Source of the DNA: Vicugna vicugna
Lineage: Eukaryota
Direction: 5' to 3'
DNA: 64,000 nt
Assembly: GCA_013265495.1 (NCBI GenBank)
Contig: MU058065.1
Coordinates: 9,031,819-9,095,818 of the forward strand
Below are positions 24,302-36,699 of this stretch, one piece after another. The notes below the pieces were generated by a model. It was given only the letters and a program-made list of their open reading frames with translations, had not been told where the DNA came from and made no database searches. Position numbers and translations under genes: made by a program. Within the stretch, counting starts at the first letter, position 1, and each line of letters begins with the position of its first letter.

Positions 24302-25466
24302 ATGGTAACAAATCCTAAGTATTAGCCAAAAATTATCGATGGATCTCTCTGGAGAAATGTATCTGCTTGGAGACTGACTTGCTTCGTGTGATCTTACCTT
24401 GGAAGTGGAGGCGGCAGCTTGGGCTGGAAGTCTAGGGAAGAGGGAGATGAAAGGCACACAGAAGGGCCTCAGACTAAGAGGAGGCAGCCTCTCTCAGCAG
24501 ACTTTTAAGTCCACGTGGCCTTGACAGCAGCTCTTTCTACTTAAAGTGTATTCCCCAAATAACATTGCGGAAAGAACCGCCAACCCCCCATGGAGTTTGG
24601 CATGAGCACCATTATCTGCTGTGCTCTTTACTGCTCCCTTTGTTGTTTACCTTGTTTTCACAATAGAGCAGAGTGAGGTCAGAGAATCAAAGTATCTCCC
24701 CAAGGAAAATCAATAGATTTTTAAGAGCCCAGTTACTTTTCTTGAGAAGAAGGCCTGGAGGTGCAGAGCTCTTTGTGCAAAAGTGCCCAGTTACTATGTA
24801 TTTTCATCGTATTGCATTGCACCCTTTGAAAGCAATTTTCAATTTCAGCTGAACATTTTCCTTCTTTTTCATTATATTTTCTAATTGCTTGTTCACTCAG
24901 TTTTTTAATTTTCATTGATGAGGGGGAAACCCTATCAATCTTTTTTGTCTTTTAGTACAAAGGATAGTGTCTATATATGATTGTACGTGCACATGTGTAT
25001 CTAGGCAGGGGGTGCCATGTTGTGTTAGCTTGAGAGTTTCCATTTAAGTGAAAACACAAAACTAATGTTTAACTCTGACATCTTAAGTACTCATTTAAAA
25101 AATGAGATCTAGCTTTTGAATCTAGTGTTTCTCATGCCCTTCAAGAAAGGCATTTTTTAGTGCTGGTTTGAAAAATTCATTTAAGCCTTTTAAGATCGAT
25201 GTATTAAATGAAAAAAATAAGCAATACTTATTTATTCTGTAGATTTCTATAGATGCTTTCCTTTTCTCCCCAAAAGAATGAAAATTAAGAACACTTAGAC
25301 AATTACATCTATTTGTTTTCAGCTGCAGAGTTCCCAGCTGCTAAGAAACCATCAACAGGCTGAATGAATTGCTGTTTGGGTCTAAGCCTGCCATCTCTGG
25401 TGGGGCGACACTGAAGTTTTGTACTTCCTGTGGTTTTCACTAGAATCTAAACTCAATTCGCTTTAC

Positions 25467-25618
25467 CAGTTTTGCAGTTGGTCGAGCCCACTGTGGAGTG
25501 GACCTCCGATGCAGGCGATCTGCTGCCTTCTCTTCCAGTCCTGCAGCTCTTCCACCAGCATGCTGTTCATTAACAAGTCCGTCTCATTCACGATTTGCGT
25601 CATCTTACTAAGGGCTTC
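25467..25618 (-). CDS. STAT4: STAT4 exon 8 (152 bp): EALSKMTQIVNETDLLMNSMLVEELQDWKRRQQIACIGGPLHSGLDQLQN(C)
   Basis: Acceptor tttgtttttag|GAA, donor TG|gtaaag; conserved STAT WKRRQQIACIGGP motif. Confidence 0.97.
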
Positions 25619-25844
25619 CTAAAAACAAAGGTGACTACTGAGAAGATTTTTATGACACACAACCACAATCACTCATAATTCAACCTATAAACAATTTGAC
25701 CTGGGAAATAAAGGCTTGGTTAAAATCCTGACCAAATATTTTCACTAACTACTACCTTCTATTTGCCATAATACTGCCTTTTCAAATAATTAAATTACCA
25801 CAATTCAATAATGCCATGAAGAAAGAAGCCTGACCAGTTAACAT

Positions 25845-25877
25845 TCTCATAATGTCTCATAACAGTCTCATAATGTC
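25845..25877. repeat. Short tandem repeat, three copies of TCTCATAA(T/CA)G
   Basis: tctcataatg tctcataacag tctcataatg tc. Confidence 0.8.
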
Positions 25878-26079
25878 AATTAGTATAAATACATTAGATT
25901 GGGAATTCCTGTGACAATACTGAATCCTGTTGTTATAAAGCCATATATATGCTTTTTAAAAGGCCATTTGTAAATTGAATTTACATTCTTAGAAATATGT
26001 TTATGCATTTATTTTTAAATGTACTGACTAAAACTTGAGCCTTCCTGTGTTAGTTTTTATTACTACGTTACCTGGGTTT

Positions 26080-26260
26080 GGGAGGCACAGTGGAAGAACG
26101 TAACTTTCAAAGGCCTAGGGATTAGAAGATGTGAATTTCTAGCTTGACTTTGCCACAAGCTGGGTGAATTTGGACAAACCATTTAACTTTTTTAGAACTT
26201 GGTCTTCTGATCTAGACAATCAGGTGAATGGACTAAATTATTTCCAAGGTTCCCCCTCTC
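26080..26260 (+). mobile_element. MIR/MIR3 SINE
   Basis: tttgccacaagctgggtgaatttggacaaaccatttaac...tggactaaattatttccaaggttcc. Confidence 0.6.
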
Positions 26261-27107
26261 CTAAAATCTTATTTCTAAAGTAGAATAAGACGGTATGCAT
26301 AAAATGTATAGCATAGATTTATTGTGCATAAAAGCATTGTTTATTTGGGTTTAATATTTGCATGTTTAAAATCTGATATATAAATCTTTAAGTTTATAAT
26401 TAATTTAGGGTGAAAAAATTTACATTTCTTTGTGCTTGCACAAATTCCTGAACAAAAAATGAAGCCAAACTTTTAGAAATAACCTATTGATTTCTCAGCG
26501 ACTGGTTAAATTTCAATTGTGTCTGTTTTCAAGGAGAGGTAGAAAACTGAAATAGAGATGTTTCCCCTCTTTTAAAATATGTTTATTGTGCCAGAAAAAT
26601 GTTCTTCCTCTCCTTTGGAGGAGGTCAGATTGAACATGTTCAGTCATCAATGGACTATCCTGAAGTCTAGGAAACTACCTGTCACAATATCATTTTTCAG
26701 AATAGAAATTGGAACACTTATTTTTCCAGTAAAGTTTTAGTAGTCATCAAGTGATATTTTAATTATGCATGTGCAGTAGAACCCATCTCCGCATGTAAGT
26801 ACAGCAACTAAAACAGTCATGTCTGAAACAGAGGCAAATAAAAATTGTGTAAAATGTTCACCTTGAAGTTAACAGCAGCTACAGAACCAGCACCACATAC
26901 ACAAGAGAAACAGACTCTAGAGAGGTCCTGCTTTATAAACGTAGGTAGAGAAACATGGCAAATGGTACAGTACTCTTCCTAGAAACACTGCTATTTATTC
27001 ATTCGGCGTAAATGCAACTGATAAAACCCAAGAGCTTGGGTTTTTTAAGTAGGACTAGATGTAGAAAAAAAATTAGGCAAAAAGCCAAATTAAAGTTCTT
27101 TACTAGC

Positions 27108-27193
27108 CTTTCTTTTGAAGTCAAGGCTGTTCAGCATTTCTTGCAGAGTCAAAACTTCCTGATTCATTAGAGCGCTGTTCTTGTCACCCTGAT
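27108..27193 (-). CDS. STAT4: STAT4 exon 7 (86 bp): (D)QGDKNSALMNQEVLTLQEMLNSLDFKRK; GC donor
   Basis: Acceptor ttcccttacag|AT; the in-frame end AGAAAG is followed by gctagt, giving a GC-AG intron. Confidence 0.93.
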
Positions 27194-28236
27194 CTGTAAG
27201 GGAAAGGAGATCAGAGTTACCCCTCCTAGCCAAAGCCCTCTGTCCTGAAAGCCACCTCGACTGTAACGTGCCTTCCTAAGATCCCACGATGCAAGAGCCT
27301 AAATGGGACCATTAGTGATGAGCTTGGATGTAAATGCCCATCTGCTTGTTTTACCAGCAAGAATTACAACAAGCAGACCAAAGAGGAGCTCTCTGTCTTA
27401 CAGACCTCGAGAAAAGACCATCCTTCACACCATGTTCCTTTTGGAGGCAGGGAGAGAGGAGACAAAAGTTTTTATAATGGATTCCTTATTAGATCGTCTC
27501 TACATTGATAATGACCTTGGTTGGTTGGCATAAGTAAGACAGGGGAGGGGACCATGATTAGATTAGACCATAGTTGACTCCTTCTGATGTCTTTACTCAA
27601 CTGCCTGGAAGAGTTGTGGTTTTATCCACTGAGGCTCAGGAACTAATAAAGACCAAATCCTTTGCGTTCCCTTTTTCTTTGCAAAACAGGCTAGCCTCAC
27701 AGTAAAACTAGAAGAAGTGTGAAAGAGTTGCAAATTAACCAAAATGATTTCTCCTCTTAAATGGCCGACATGCAGTAAAAACTGTTTATATCTAGACAGC
27801 AGAATTTTGTGTGATTTTTAATTTTGTGATGCTTTACTTTCCAAATATCCTATAGTGAATCACATTTCTACGTTTTAATTTTAAAAATTATATTTAAAAA
27901 ACTCACCTATTGATATTAGTAATTTCCTGACTCCTATTAGGCAAATTATTACTTCTGTTAGTTTTGATAATGATATTTTGATTCGATAGAACGTTCTTAA
28001 GTTTTTGGAGACGCATGCTGAAGTAGGGGTGATTTCTCATGAGCTGTATAGTTTCCTTTGAATTCGCTGGTAAAAAATATTTGTACAAGAACAGGAAAGA
28101 AAGAAGCAAAATACTGTCCTGCAATCTCTCTTCAATTAAAAAAAAGATTAATTTATCAATTCTGTCAGTGAAGAAGAAACCCTAGTCATGTTGCCTTTAT
28201 GTCCCTATGTGGAAATATAGACAAGCAAAAACTTAC

Positions 28237-28315
28237 CCATTGTCTGAATTGTTTTATACCTGTAGTCAAATTCATCTTGCAGATCTTCTAAATACTTGGT
28301 GTCTTGTTCTGTCAT
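28237..28315 (-). CDS. STAT4: STAT4 exon 6 (79 bp): MTEQDTKYLEDLQDEFDYRYKTIQTM(D)
   Basis: Acceptor ttttttaaaaag|ATG, donor G|gtaagt; overlaps ORF 28205..28408. Confidence 0.97.
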
Positions 28316-28859
28316 CTTTTTAAAAAAGAAAACATACTCTGTTGTCACAATTAAGCATGTCAATGAAAAAACATCATTCATCATCAGTATTTCAAAATAC
28401 ATTGGCACTTCGAGTCTCTAATAATATCCTAGACTAACTGTATAGAATCTATATTTGCTAAGGGCTAATTCCCATGAATGCTGAATAACACTGGAAGAAC
28501 CAGACTAAATTTGCTCTTCCATTTTCTCTTCCTGAGTGTTTGCAAATCTTTCAGCATCTTGCCTCTTATTTCTCAGTCAGTTCCAATATACTTTTTACTG
28601 ATATACTTTTTACCTGAGAATATGGATAATTTTTCCATTTTAGCCCCATATGACTGTATTAGTGCACCAACTATCTTTTCGCTTAAAGTCTCCATTCTCA
28701 ACAGCTGTAGTTTATGACAATTCAGTCTAAAATTTTTTTTCCTTTCCTCCTCTATGTCTCCTGTTCCTTCTGTCATTGAGATTTTTACTTTTCTCCAAAC
28801 CTGATGATGTTTTTCTGCTCAGACGTAAGAGGGTCAAGATCTGGGCTAAAAGTTTTTAA

Positions 28860-29000
28860 GCGGTATTATCTCATGCAGTCCTCATAACAATCCTCACTTT
28901 TACAGACAAATAAGCAGAGGTTTAGACATGTGAAGTAACTTCCTTGCCTGAGGACACATGGCTTCTCAGTGATGGAGTTTGGTGTGGGAACCCCAATCTC
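28860..29000 (-). mobile_element. MIR SINE
   Basis: tcctcataacaatcc...ttttacagac...gaagtaactt...gcctgaggacaca. Confidence 0.65.
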
Positions 29001-29191
29001 CAGTAAATTGAAATTTAAAAGCTTTCCCCAACTAAATCTTTTCTAATATGAACATAGTGTTTGAGAGATACTTCTAACAAATTACCCTATGATTTCTGTA
29101 TGCACTCACTCTGGGCACATGAGAGAAAGGTGCATGGTTAGCTGTACGGGGACAATAGCTAGTCTTTCCTGGTATCTCTAAGATCACTCAC

Positions 29192-29284
29192 CTGCACACT
29201 ATTCTTAATGGCAGCCACTTTGTGCTCCACATTCCTCTGTCTTTCTGAAACTGAAGAACTTTGCAAGGATTTTTCCAGAGGTCC
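29192..29284 (-). CDS. STAT4: STAT4 exon 5 (93 bp): GPLEKSLQSSSVSERQRNVEHKVAAIKNSVQ
   Basis: Acceptor ttttttccag|GGA, donor CAG|gtgagt. Confidence 0.97.
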
Positions 29285-29415
29285 CTGGAAAAACAACATT
29301 CTGAAATTTTAATAATGTTGATAAAACAGGTTTATGATGAATGTAGTATATATAATACACTCGGAACTGAGGTTTGGATCAGAATTCTCTACAGCCTTTA
29401 AAAACCATGCTATAC

Positions 29416-29492
29416 GTGGTATTGGCACAAAAACAGACATATAGATCAATGGAACAGAATAGAAAGCCCAGAAATAAACCCATACACCTACG
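29416..29492 (+). mobile_element. Isolated internal L1 ORF2 fragment
   Basis: Translates from 29417 to [25 protein letters not shown], a conserved L1 ORF2 segment. Confidence 0.9.
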
Positions 29493-30690
29493 TCTTGTAT
29501 GTATGATTGATACATCTATATCATATCCATATATTTGACACTGGTTTGAATACAAACCAGTGCTGCTTTTGGGGGTAGTATGTGATACCCACAGATTATG
29601 TGCAGAGTGATTTTGATGAGCAACTATTCAAGTAAACAGATGTTCTAATTTGACTGATACCTCACATGTGAAGAGAACACACAGACACACACATATGAAA
29701 TGACTAGGGATAAGAGGGCTACAAAAAAAGGACGGCTGAGAATACAAATGAGACTATCATATATTAGTAATAACAACTCAATTTTCACACAAAAAGCACC
29801 GAATCAAACTATATTTATTTTAGAAACTTACTAACTTTACATTTTAAATTAAATAAAAATGATACCATCCTTCATCATCTAAAAAATTAGAGTAAATTGT
29901 TAAAACTTCATACTTCTCCGTAAACAACTATAACATGACAACAACTAAATCTGAGAATTTTTAACAGTTGAAAAAAGATACTTGTCTTGGACCTTCAAAA
30001 ATAAATATAGTGGTGTGATTTACTAAGTTATTTGGAAAATTGATTATTTACATACTCTTTCCTTTTTACAAGGATTAACTGAAAAAGCATTCCCAAGGAC
30101 TCCATTAACTCCTCTACTTTGTCTCTGATGGGGGCTCTGAATTCATTCAGGACAGTGGGATAGAATACGATCTAAAATATGGCAGGGCAAAGCACACTGA
30201 ATCAATCAACAAACAAGTATTTACAGAGTTTCTGTAAGACAAAATTCCTGCTTGTACAGTAGTTTGGATTTGTGGGGTAGGAAATCGGGAACTGCTGAAT
30301 GGTTTTCAGAAAGATCAATCCCTGAGGATAAATGTGCTGAGGGAAGCAGAGCCCAAATGGTTAGGAATTCATCTAAGAGGTGGTTACTATCCTCCTCAAC
30401 TAATATTGTAAAGACCATGGACCAGAGTGGGACCAGCGGAAACAGAAAAGAACCTATAGATAGGATTCCAGAAGCAAATTCTAGGAAGACTTGGTAGTTA
30501 TCTCAACAAGGAGGCAGGAAAAAGGAACTATTCAAAGATGATCCCAAGACCGTGATTCCAAGTGACTGGAAGGATGGTGTCACCATTAACATAGGAAGAA
30601 GAAGATGGCTGGGAAAAAGACAAGAATTTCTGTCTCAGAAAAATTGAGTTCCCCGGGTGATAACATGATTACAACTTCAGAAAATATTAC

Positions 30691-30789
30691 CTGAACGGGC
30701 ATGTTGGCTGCAGCCAATATTCTCCTCTCTTCTCTTAAACAATTTGAAATAACCACAGCTACATGCATTGGATTTCCGTGAAATTTTCC
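30691..30789 (-). CDS. STAT4: STAT4 exon 4 (99 bp): GKFHGNPMHVAVVISNCLREERRILAAANMPVQ
   Basis: Acceptor tttttcccccag|GGA, donor CAG|gtaata; end of the N-terminal domain; overlaps ORF 30586..30768. Confidence 0.97.
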
Positions 30790-32624
30790 CTGGGGGAAAA
30801 AAAAAGGAGCTTAAATACATATACAATAAAGAAACATCACTACTTGCAAATAAAAAATAATCTCCTGATAAATATATGGAATTATCTGGGATTTGTTTCA
30901 ACAATCTACTCTATTATAAAGCCACAGAAATTTATACTGTAAATACAGACTCCTATGTGGCATATTATTCTGTCTTCAAAAATTATTTTTAATAATTCAA
31001 AATAGTTCTTGAGCACCTCTGTAGGAAAGGCCCTGAATGCACACTCAGGAGGGTCTGCTTACCTTGGGCTTACAGTAAGTTTTACCAGAGTTACTTCTTT
31101 GTAAATTATTATGAACCAGGGTGGTCCCTCCTGTTCACTTGTTAACTCTGTGCTTCATGATTTGGCTAAAGTATTTCTTTTGGTCCCTGTTTGGTGCTGC
31201 TTATGTCAACTGGCTCATAACAATATCCGTATGCTAGAGTGAAACTCGATCACACACACCAACAACAGTACTTTTATGACATCTAAGCATATACAGTTTT
31301 TATTACCAAGGCTAATGATGCAGATACTGAATGCAGCCGACGGGCCTAATTCAGCCATTAGTTGTGTTGTCTAAGTTGAAATACCGTAACTCCTTCAAGG
31401 GAGCATGCACTGCTCATGGTTGTCGTAGCGTCCACCAGGCACTCATTTACTTTACCCGCCAGGCCCCTCTAAACGTCTGCGTTGTCTTGGTTTAGAGGAC
31501 TAATTTGAACACCACTGTCATTTCAGTCAGTAGTGTTAAACTTCTTTGTTACTAGACCTTTCCAAGGCAGGATTAACAGGACACACAATAAATGTAGACA
31601 AATGCGTCTATTTAGTTTCCCTCTGCCCTCCTCTCTGAAGGAGGTGCTAATTATCCATGAAATGGCCAAAGAGTCAACAGCAGAAAAGATAAAAATCATA
31701 ATCCACAAAGTGGAAAATTAATAATTAATCCAAGGTTGCTTATACAGACTAGTAAACCCAAAGTTCTTTCTAGGATTTCTTTCCTCGCAAGAGGTCATTG
31801 GTTGTACATACTTTTATGGCTTTGACCATTGCCACAATTTTATTAGATGATGGCACTCTGGACACCAAATATCTGAGTTCCTGATTTGCCATATTCTATA
31901 GCTTTCAAAACTTTCCCCCCTTTAAATCAGAAAACTCCAAAAGAAAAAAAACATAAATGAATTGGCAGAAACTCTTAAAGAAATTAAAATGATGCTATTT
32001 ATTAAGCAAGGATACCAAATTTCTGATTTCTGCATGCTGACAATTTCAGATTCTCCCTACTTAGAATTTGTTCCTGTTTTTTAATTTTCCTGTCTACTGA
32101 TTTTTTCCCCCAAATACCTTCCATTTAACTTCCCAAGAAGAGCTATGTTTTCTCATTTTGTCTCTAATTTATTTTTAAAATACTCCACTGATAAAAATAA
32201 AGGGCTTCTCCCAGGGCTAATTTGGAGGCTCCGTTATTTATATAAACTTAAAAACTATTCTCATCCAAGACCAGGGGTTCCTCTAAGACCCTAAGAATCA
32301 CCATTTGTCTTTGTTTTTCTCTCTGTTACAGTTCTTCCTTGTCGATCATTCAGATACTACCTTTCAGCATTTCTCAACTCCTTTGTCTACACTTTTTCAT
32401 CTTCCTTTCCTACTTGAACTTCTCTTACCTTCCCTTTCAGATTCAGCTTCCCCCTTGTTTTTTGAGGTTAAGTTATTCATTTTTTCTCCTTCATTAAGAG
32501 CAAAGCATCATCATTGTTTTTTTCACTTTCCTTTTGCATTTGTCCTTAGTCCTTCACTTAAATGTATAAGACAAAAACATCTTATGGAAAATCGATCATT
32601 ATACATTCAAAACCAAATTAGCTC

Positions 32625-32946
32625 TTTTTTTTTTTGATCAGGTAATTTATTTTTTAATTTTATTTTTATTTTTGATTGAAGTATAGTTGCTTTACAATGT
32701 TGTTAGTTGCAGGTGTACAGCGAAGTGATTCAGTTATACACACACATATATATTCTTTTTCAGATTCTTTTCCATTATAAGTTATTACAAAATGTTGAAT
32801 ATAGTTCTCTGTGCTATACGGTAGGTCCTTGTTGTTCATCTGTGCTCTATATAGTAGTGTCCATATGCCAATCGCCAACTCCTAGTTTCTCTCTCCCTCC
32901 TCCACCCCTTTCCCCTTTGGTAATCATATGTTTGTTCTGCGAATCT
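32625..32946 (-). mobile_element. L1 3' end, 5'-truncated, with TSD
   Basis: poly-T, gaagtatagttgctttacaatgttg...ttccattataagttattacaa; CAAATTAGC repeated at 32614-32622 and 32947-32955. Confidence 0.9.
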
Positions 32947-33323
32947 CAAATTAGCACTCTAAATTTTCGTTATCAAAGATATCCTTATGTTCACCTTTCA
33001 ATCGTTACCATATGTATGGACCATGGACACTCCAAAAAAAGCAACAACAAAAAAACAAAACAAAAAACTCCACCCTTAAGTGTGTGTTGGTGGGAGGAAG
33101 GAAGGAAGGGAAACTGGCCTTTTTCTCATGTGTGTCTGTCTCTCTTATGTAGAGATACTGCAAATATCTCCCACTCTGTGGCTTGTCTTTTCAATATCTC
33201 TTACTGTCAATAAACAGAAGATTTTCATTATAGTGAAGTCAAACTTATTAATTCTTCAGTTTACTTTAGTGCTTTTTATTACCTAAGAAATCTTTCCCTA
33301 ACCTACAGTTATGGATATTTTTT

Positions 33324-33365
<42 letters not shown>

Positions 33366-33387
33366 CATATATATATATATATATATA
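33324..33387. repeat. Compound microsatellite (TG)14, ATGT repeats, (AT)10
   Basis: Read directly; 64 bp of unbroken purine/pyrimidine alternation. Confidence 0.95.
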
Positions 33388-33727
33388 AAGTCTTTAGAGA
33401 TTTGCCCTTAATTGTTTAATTCACTTGTAGCTTATTAACAATGAGAGGTCCCTTTCACTATGTTCTATATGTATACTCAATTCCAACAATATTTATTGAA
33501 CATTCTGTTCTTTCACCACTGCTCTGCTGGGCCAACTCTGTCATAAATCAAGAGCCCATATATGGTTGTGTTTGCTTCTGACTCCATTCTGTCTTATGGT
33601 TCTGTCTATCTCTGCTTAATCAACAGACTATATTAATTACTAGTGCTGTATTATACATTTTTTATGTCAAGTAGAATAGGTTTTCTTTGCATTATCACAT
33701 AAATTTTAGAATCACCTTGGCAAGCTA

Positions 33728-33730
<3 letters not shown>

Positions 33731-33764
<34 letters not shown>
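33731..33764. repeat. (AC)17 microsatellite
   Basis: Read directly from the sequence. Confidence 0.97.
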
Positions 33765-33768
<4 letters not shown>

Positions 33769-34684
33769 CCAAGCTGAGAATTTAATGGCACTGTATCTTT
33801 AGATATGTTTGGGAGACTTGGCATTTTTATAATTATGCTCTAATCTATTTAGGTCTTCTTTAATGTCTCTCTATTAAGCATCATTTTCCACAGAGATCTT
33901 AGACACTTTTTGTTAGATTTATTTTCATGCAGTTGGTATTTCTGATAATGGATAGTGTCTTTCTTTCCTAATTGCTTATGCTGGTATGTAGAAATATATT
34001 TGACTGTTATGTATTGATTTTGAATCCAGCAACTTGACTAAACTCTTAATAATTCTATTACTGTACTTTAATGTCTTTTATCAATTTTACTAAAAATTTA
34101 TCTGCTGATTCTTTTGGATTTTCTGCAAACACAAGTCATATCTTATGTGAATACTGATAACATTTTTTCCCTTTTCATTCATCTAATTCCATCAAGATCT
34201 CACCTTTATCATATGCCTTGGTTAGAAATAAATTGGTTAATTTCTAAACATAGGGATTTTCTACTTATCCTTTTTTCTTTTTACTGATTTTTATCGATTT
34301 TAAAATTCTGATCAGAATAAATACTGTAAATGACTTTAATCACCTAAAACTTAGTAAGACTTCTTTGTGGCCCTGCATATGAACCTTTTGTAAATGTTCC
34401 ACGTGAGCTTGTAGAGAATGAATTCTGCACTTGTTGGGTACAAATGGCTTATACAGGTTCATTAACCCAACTTTGTTCATTGTTTTGTTCAAATTTCTGA
34501 ATCCTTGCTGATTTTTTTTGCCTGATTAATTTTATCAATTAGGCATGTTAAAATCTATTTTGTGAATTTTTCTTCTTGTGGTTCTTTCACACACATTCAG
34601 ACTTGTTATACATCACTAGTGAATCAAATCTTTCATTATTATGAATTGACCTTTATCTTTAATGATTTTTGCCTTGAAACAAAA

Positions 34685-36266
34685 TTATGAACTATGACAT
34701 AATGCTTATTATCACTTAGAATTTTTTATCCTTATTGAAATAACTCGATTTATTTCAACATAGATATGTTTAAAATCACATATGGCATTGTGTATGTATG
34801 AAAGGATAAATATACAGGAAATAAATTGGTTAATGTATTCCTAAAACATCTTCACATATTTACAATTCAATTTTTGTGAATCTCTTTTTTCACCTTACAT
34901 TCATTGGCATTCATGTTTTTTCCATAAAATAATGTCCTCTGGGCCATCAAGAAAGTCAGTGACACAACATTTCTTTAAAATGTGCATCACTATTATCTCC
35001 ATTCTGTAAGTTTGGATGCCAGCAATTTTCCTGATCTTACCAGAAGTTCTCAATGGGAAGTTTTCAGACAAGAGCCAGGTCTCACTCACATTCCTTCTGC
35101 AAATGGTCCTGCAACTGACTGATGACTGCAGCACTGATGACTAGTGACCGAGTCATGCCACCATGATTGTCAACTACATCACTATTTTAGATGAAATGAT
35201 TAGGTAACCATTCAGATACATCTCCATAAAGTCACTGAGAACTAAAATATATAGCACGTTCCCAGATGTCTGTTCCAGAAGATGTCTAACCAGTCCTCTA
35301 TCTGCTCAACCACCATCCGTACTGCTCTCGTTCACTCCCAATAACATCTTTGAAGAAGTTCTTATAATTAGACATGGTTTACAGTTTAAATTAAATATGG
35401 TGGTAGCTTTAGCAATTGGCACTTAGGCATGAGATTACAGTGATACACTGCTTTTCATAATCCAGACTCATACACTTGATCCCTGTAAAGATCCATTTGC
35501 ATTGAGTGTAATTTTAAGTCTTGTCAAAGAAAAACACCCCCTCCTCCTTCCCAGCATTGCCTATTTGATTAAACACATATTTTAATTTGTCCTCAATGGC
35601 ATCATGCTGGAAGTTAAGTGTATTCTGTTCAAAATCAGTGGGAAGTTTCTGATAAATGGATATTCTACATCTTAATGATAATCCTGTGCAATGCAGAATT
35701 CATTTATTCCAGCCTCCTATTGTGCTGAGATTTCGTTCATCTACTCTGGGAATTCGGCGATTTCTCTTGCCACTGTTGCCTTGTTTATGATAGGCAATCC
35801 CTTTTCATGAATCTCAGTAATAAAATATAATACAACTTCTTCTACTTGTTGGCATCTTTCTTTCTTTTTTATATCCTGTAAAGCATTTTATTTTTGCTTT
35901 CCAAGAAAATATGGAATTTAGGGTCATCCATCCAGTGACAAATAACTTACTTAACAAATAGCAAATTTATGCCCTGCTGATTTGTCTGCATACATAAAAC
36001 CTATTTGTTTCAATCCTAAATCATAGTGTTATATTGACAACACTTAGACAGCAATTAAATTTAATGTGTTGTACCTATAGTGCACATAATTCAGCTAAAG
36101 CGACAACATGAACAGCTGTGACCCAATTTCACATCACAGGAAATGACAATGACATGGTGATTGCAACCTGACAATAGCAATTGAGATACTGTTGATTGTA
36201 AGATGCATTTTGATTTCAGAGATGTTAAAATGCAGGGGAAAGGTGTCTTAGAATCAACAAATATGC
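34685..36266 (-). mobile_element. Tc2/pogo-superfamily (Kanga/MER104-like) DNA transposon with decayed transposase
   Basis: Minus-strand peptides in order: EEVVLYFITEIHEKGLPI, GW..GLSLRCRISIYQKLPTDFEQ, QIGNAG..VFFFD, YEKQCITV..KLPPYLI, EDWLDIFWNR, GGMT, KKCCVTDFLDGPEDIILW. A MER104-like terminus lies at 36190-36266. Confidence 0.88.
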
Positions 36267-36699
36267 TGTTTTATTCTCTTTGCTACTTTATGCTAAATTC
36301 CTTGGCTTAATTTCAAATTCCTCTTCTGCTGCCTTCCATCTGGTTTCTAAATTTGACTTGTCACTACTGATAAAGGTCATGAGAAGGCTTGCTCAAAATA
36401 ATCTCCACTTGGGTGGCATGAAATCTGAGATCTAGAGTTTCATTCCTTTGAGTTATTTACCCCAGGACCCGCTTTAAAATGCAAAGACAGGAGGGAGCAT
36501 TAATACTACATTTAATTAGTTTTCTTTGCATTGGGAGGGATTCACCAGATGTATTCTGTGGCTGCAGTGACCTGGCACCTGCAGGATGAGAGCAATGGGT
36601 CTGAGAGCAAATAAAAGGGGATGTTTCAGGAGAAGCCTTGAAAGAGGGAGGCAGTAGTAACTAAGGAGGGTGCAGGATTCTGAAGAAACACGTAACCAG

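Larger units (their letters stand above)
33130..34680 (-). mobile_element. Old L1M fragments
   Basis: T-rich L1 antisense words, e.g. atactgcaaatatctcccactctgtggcttg, ataaattttagaatcaccttg, tgctggtatgtagaaat. Confidence 0.7.

Noticed and set aside
32707..33213. 168-aa ORF
   Set aside because: Antisense read-through of L1 3' UTR and neighbouring repeat sequence.
34901..35134. Functional or domesticated transposase gene
   Set aside because: The surrounding frame has stops and frameshifts and the first catalytic Asp is lost; treated as a fossil.
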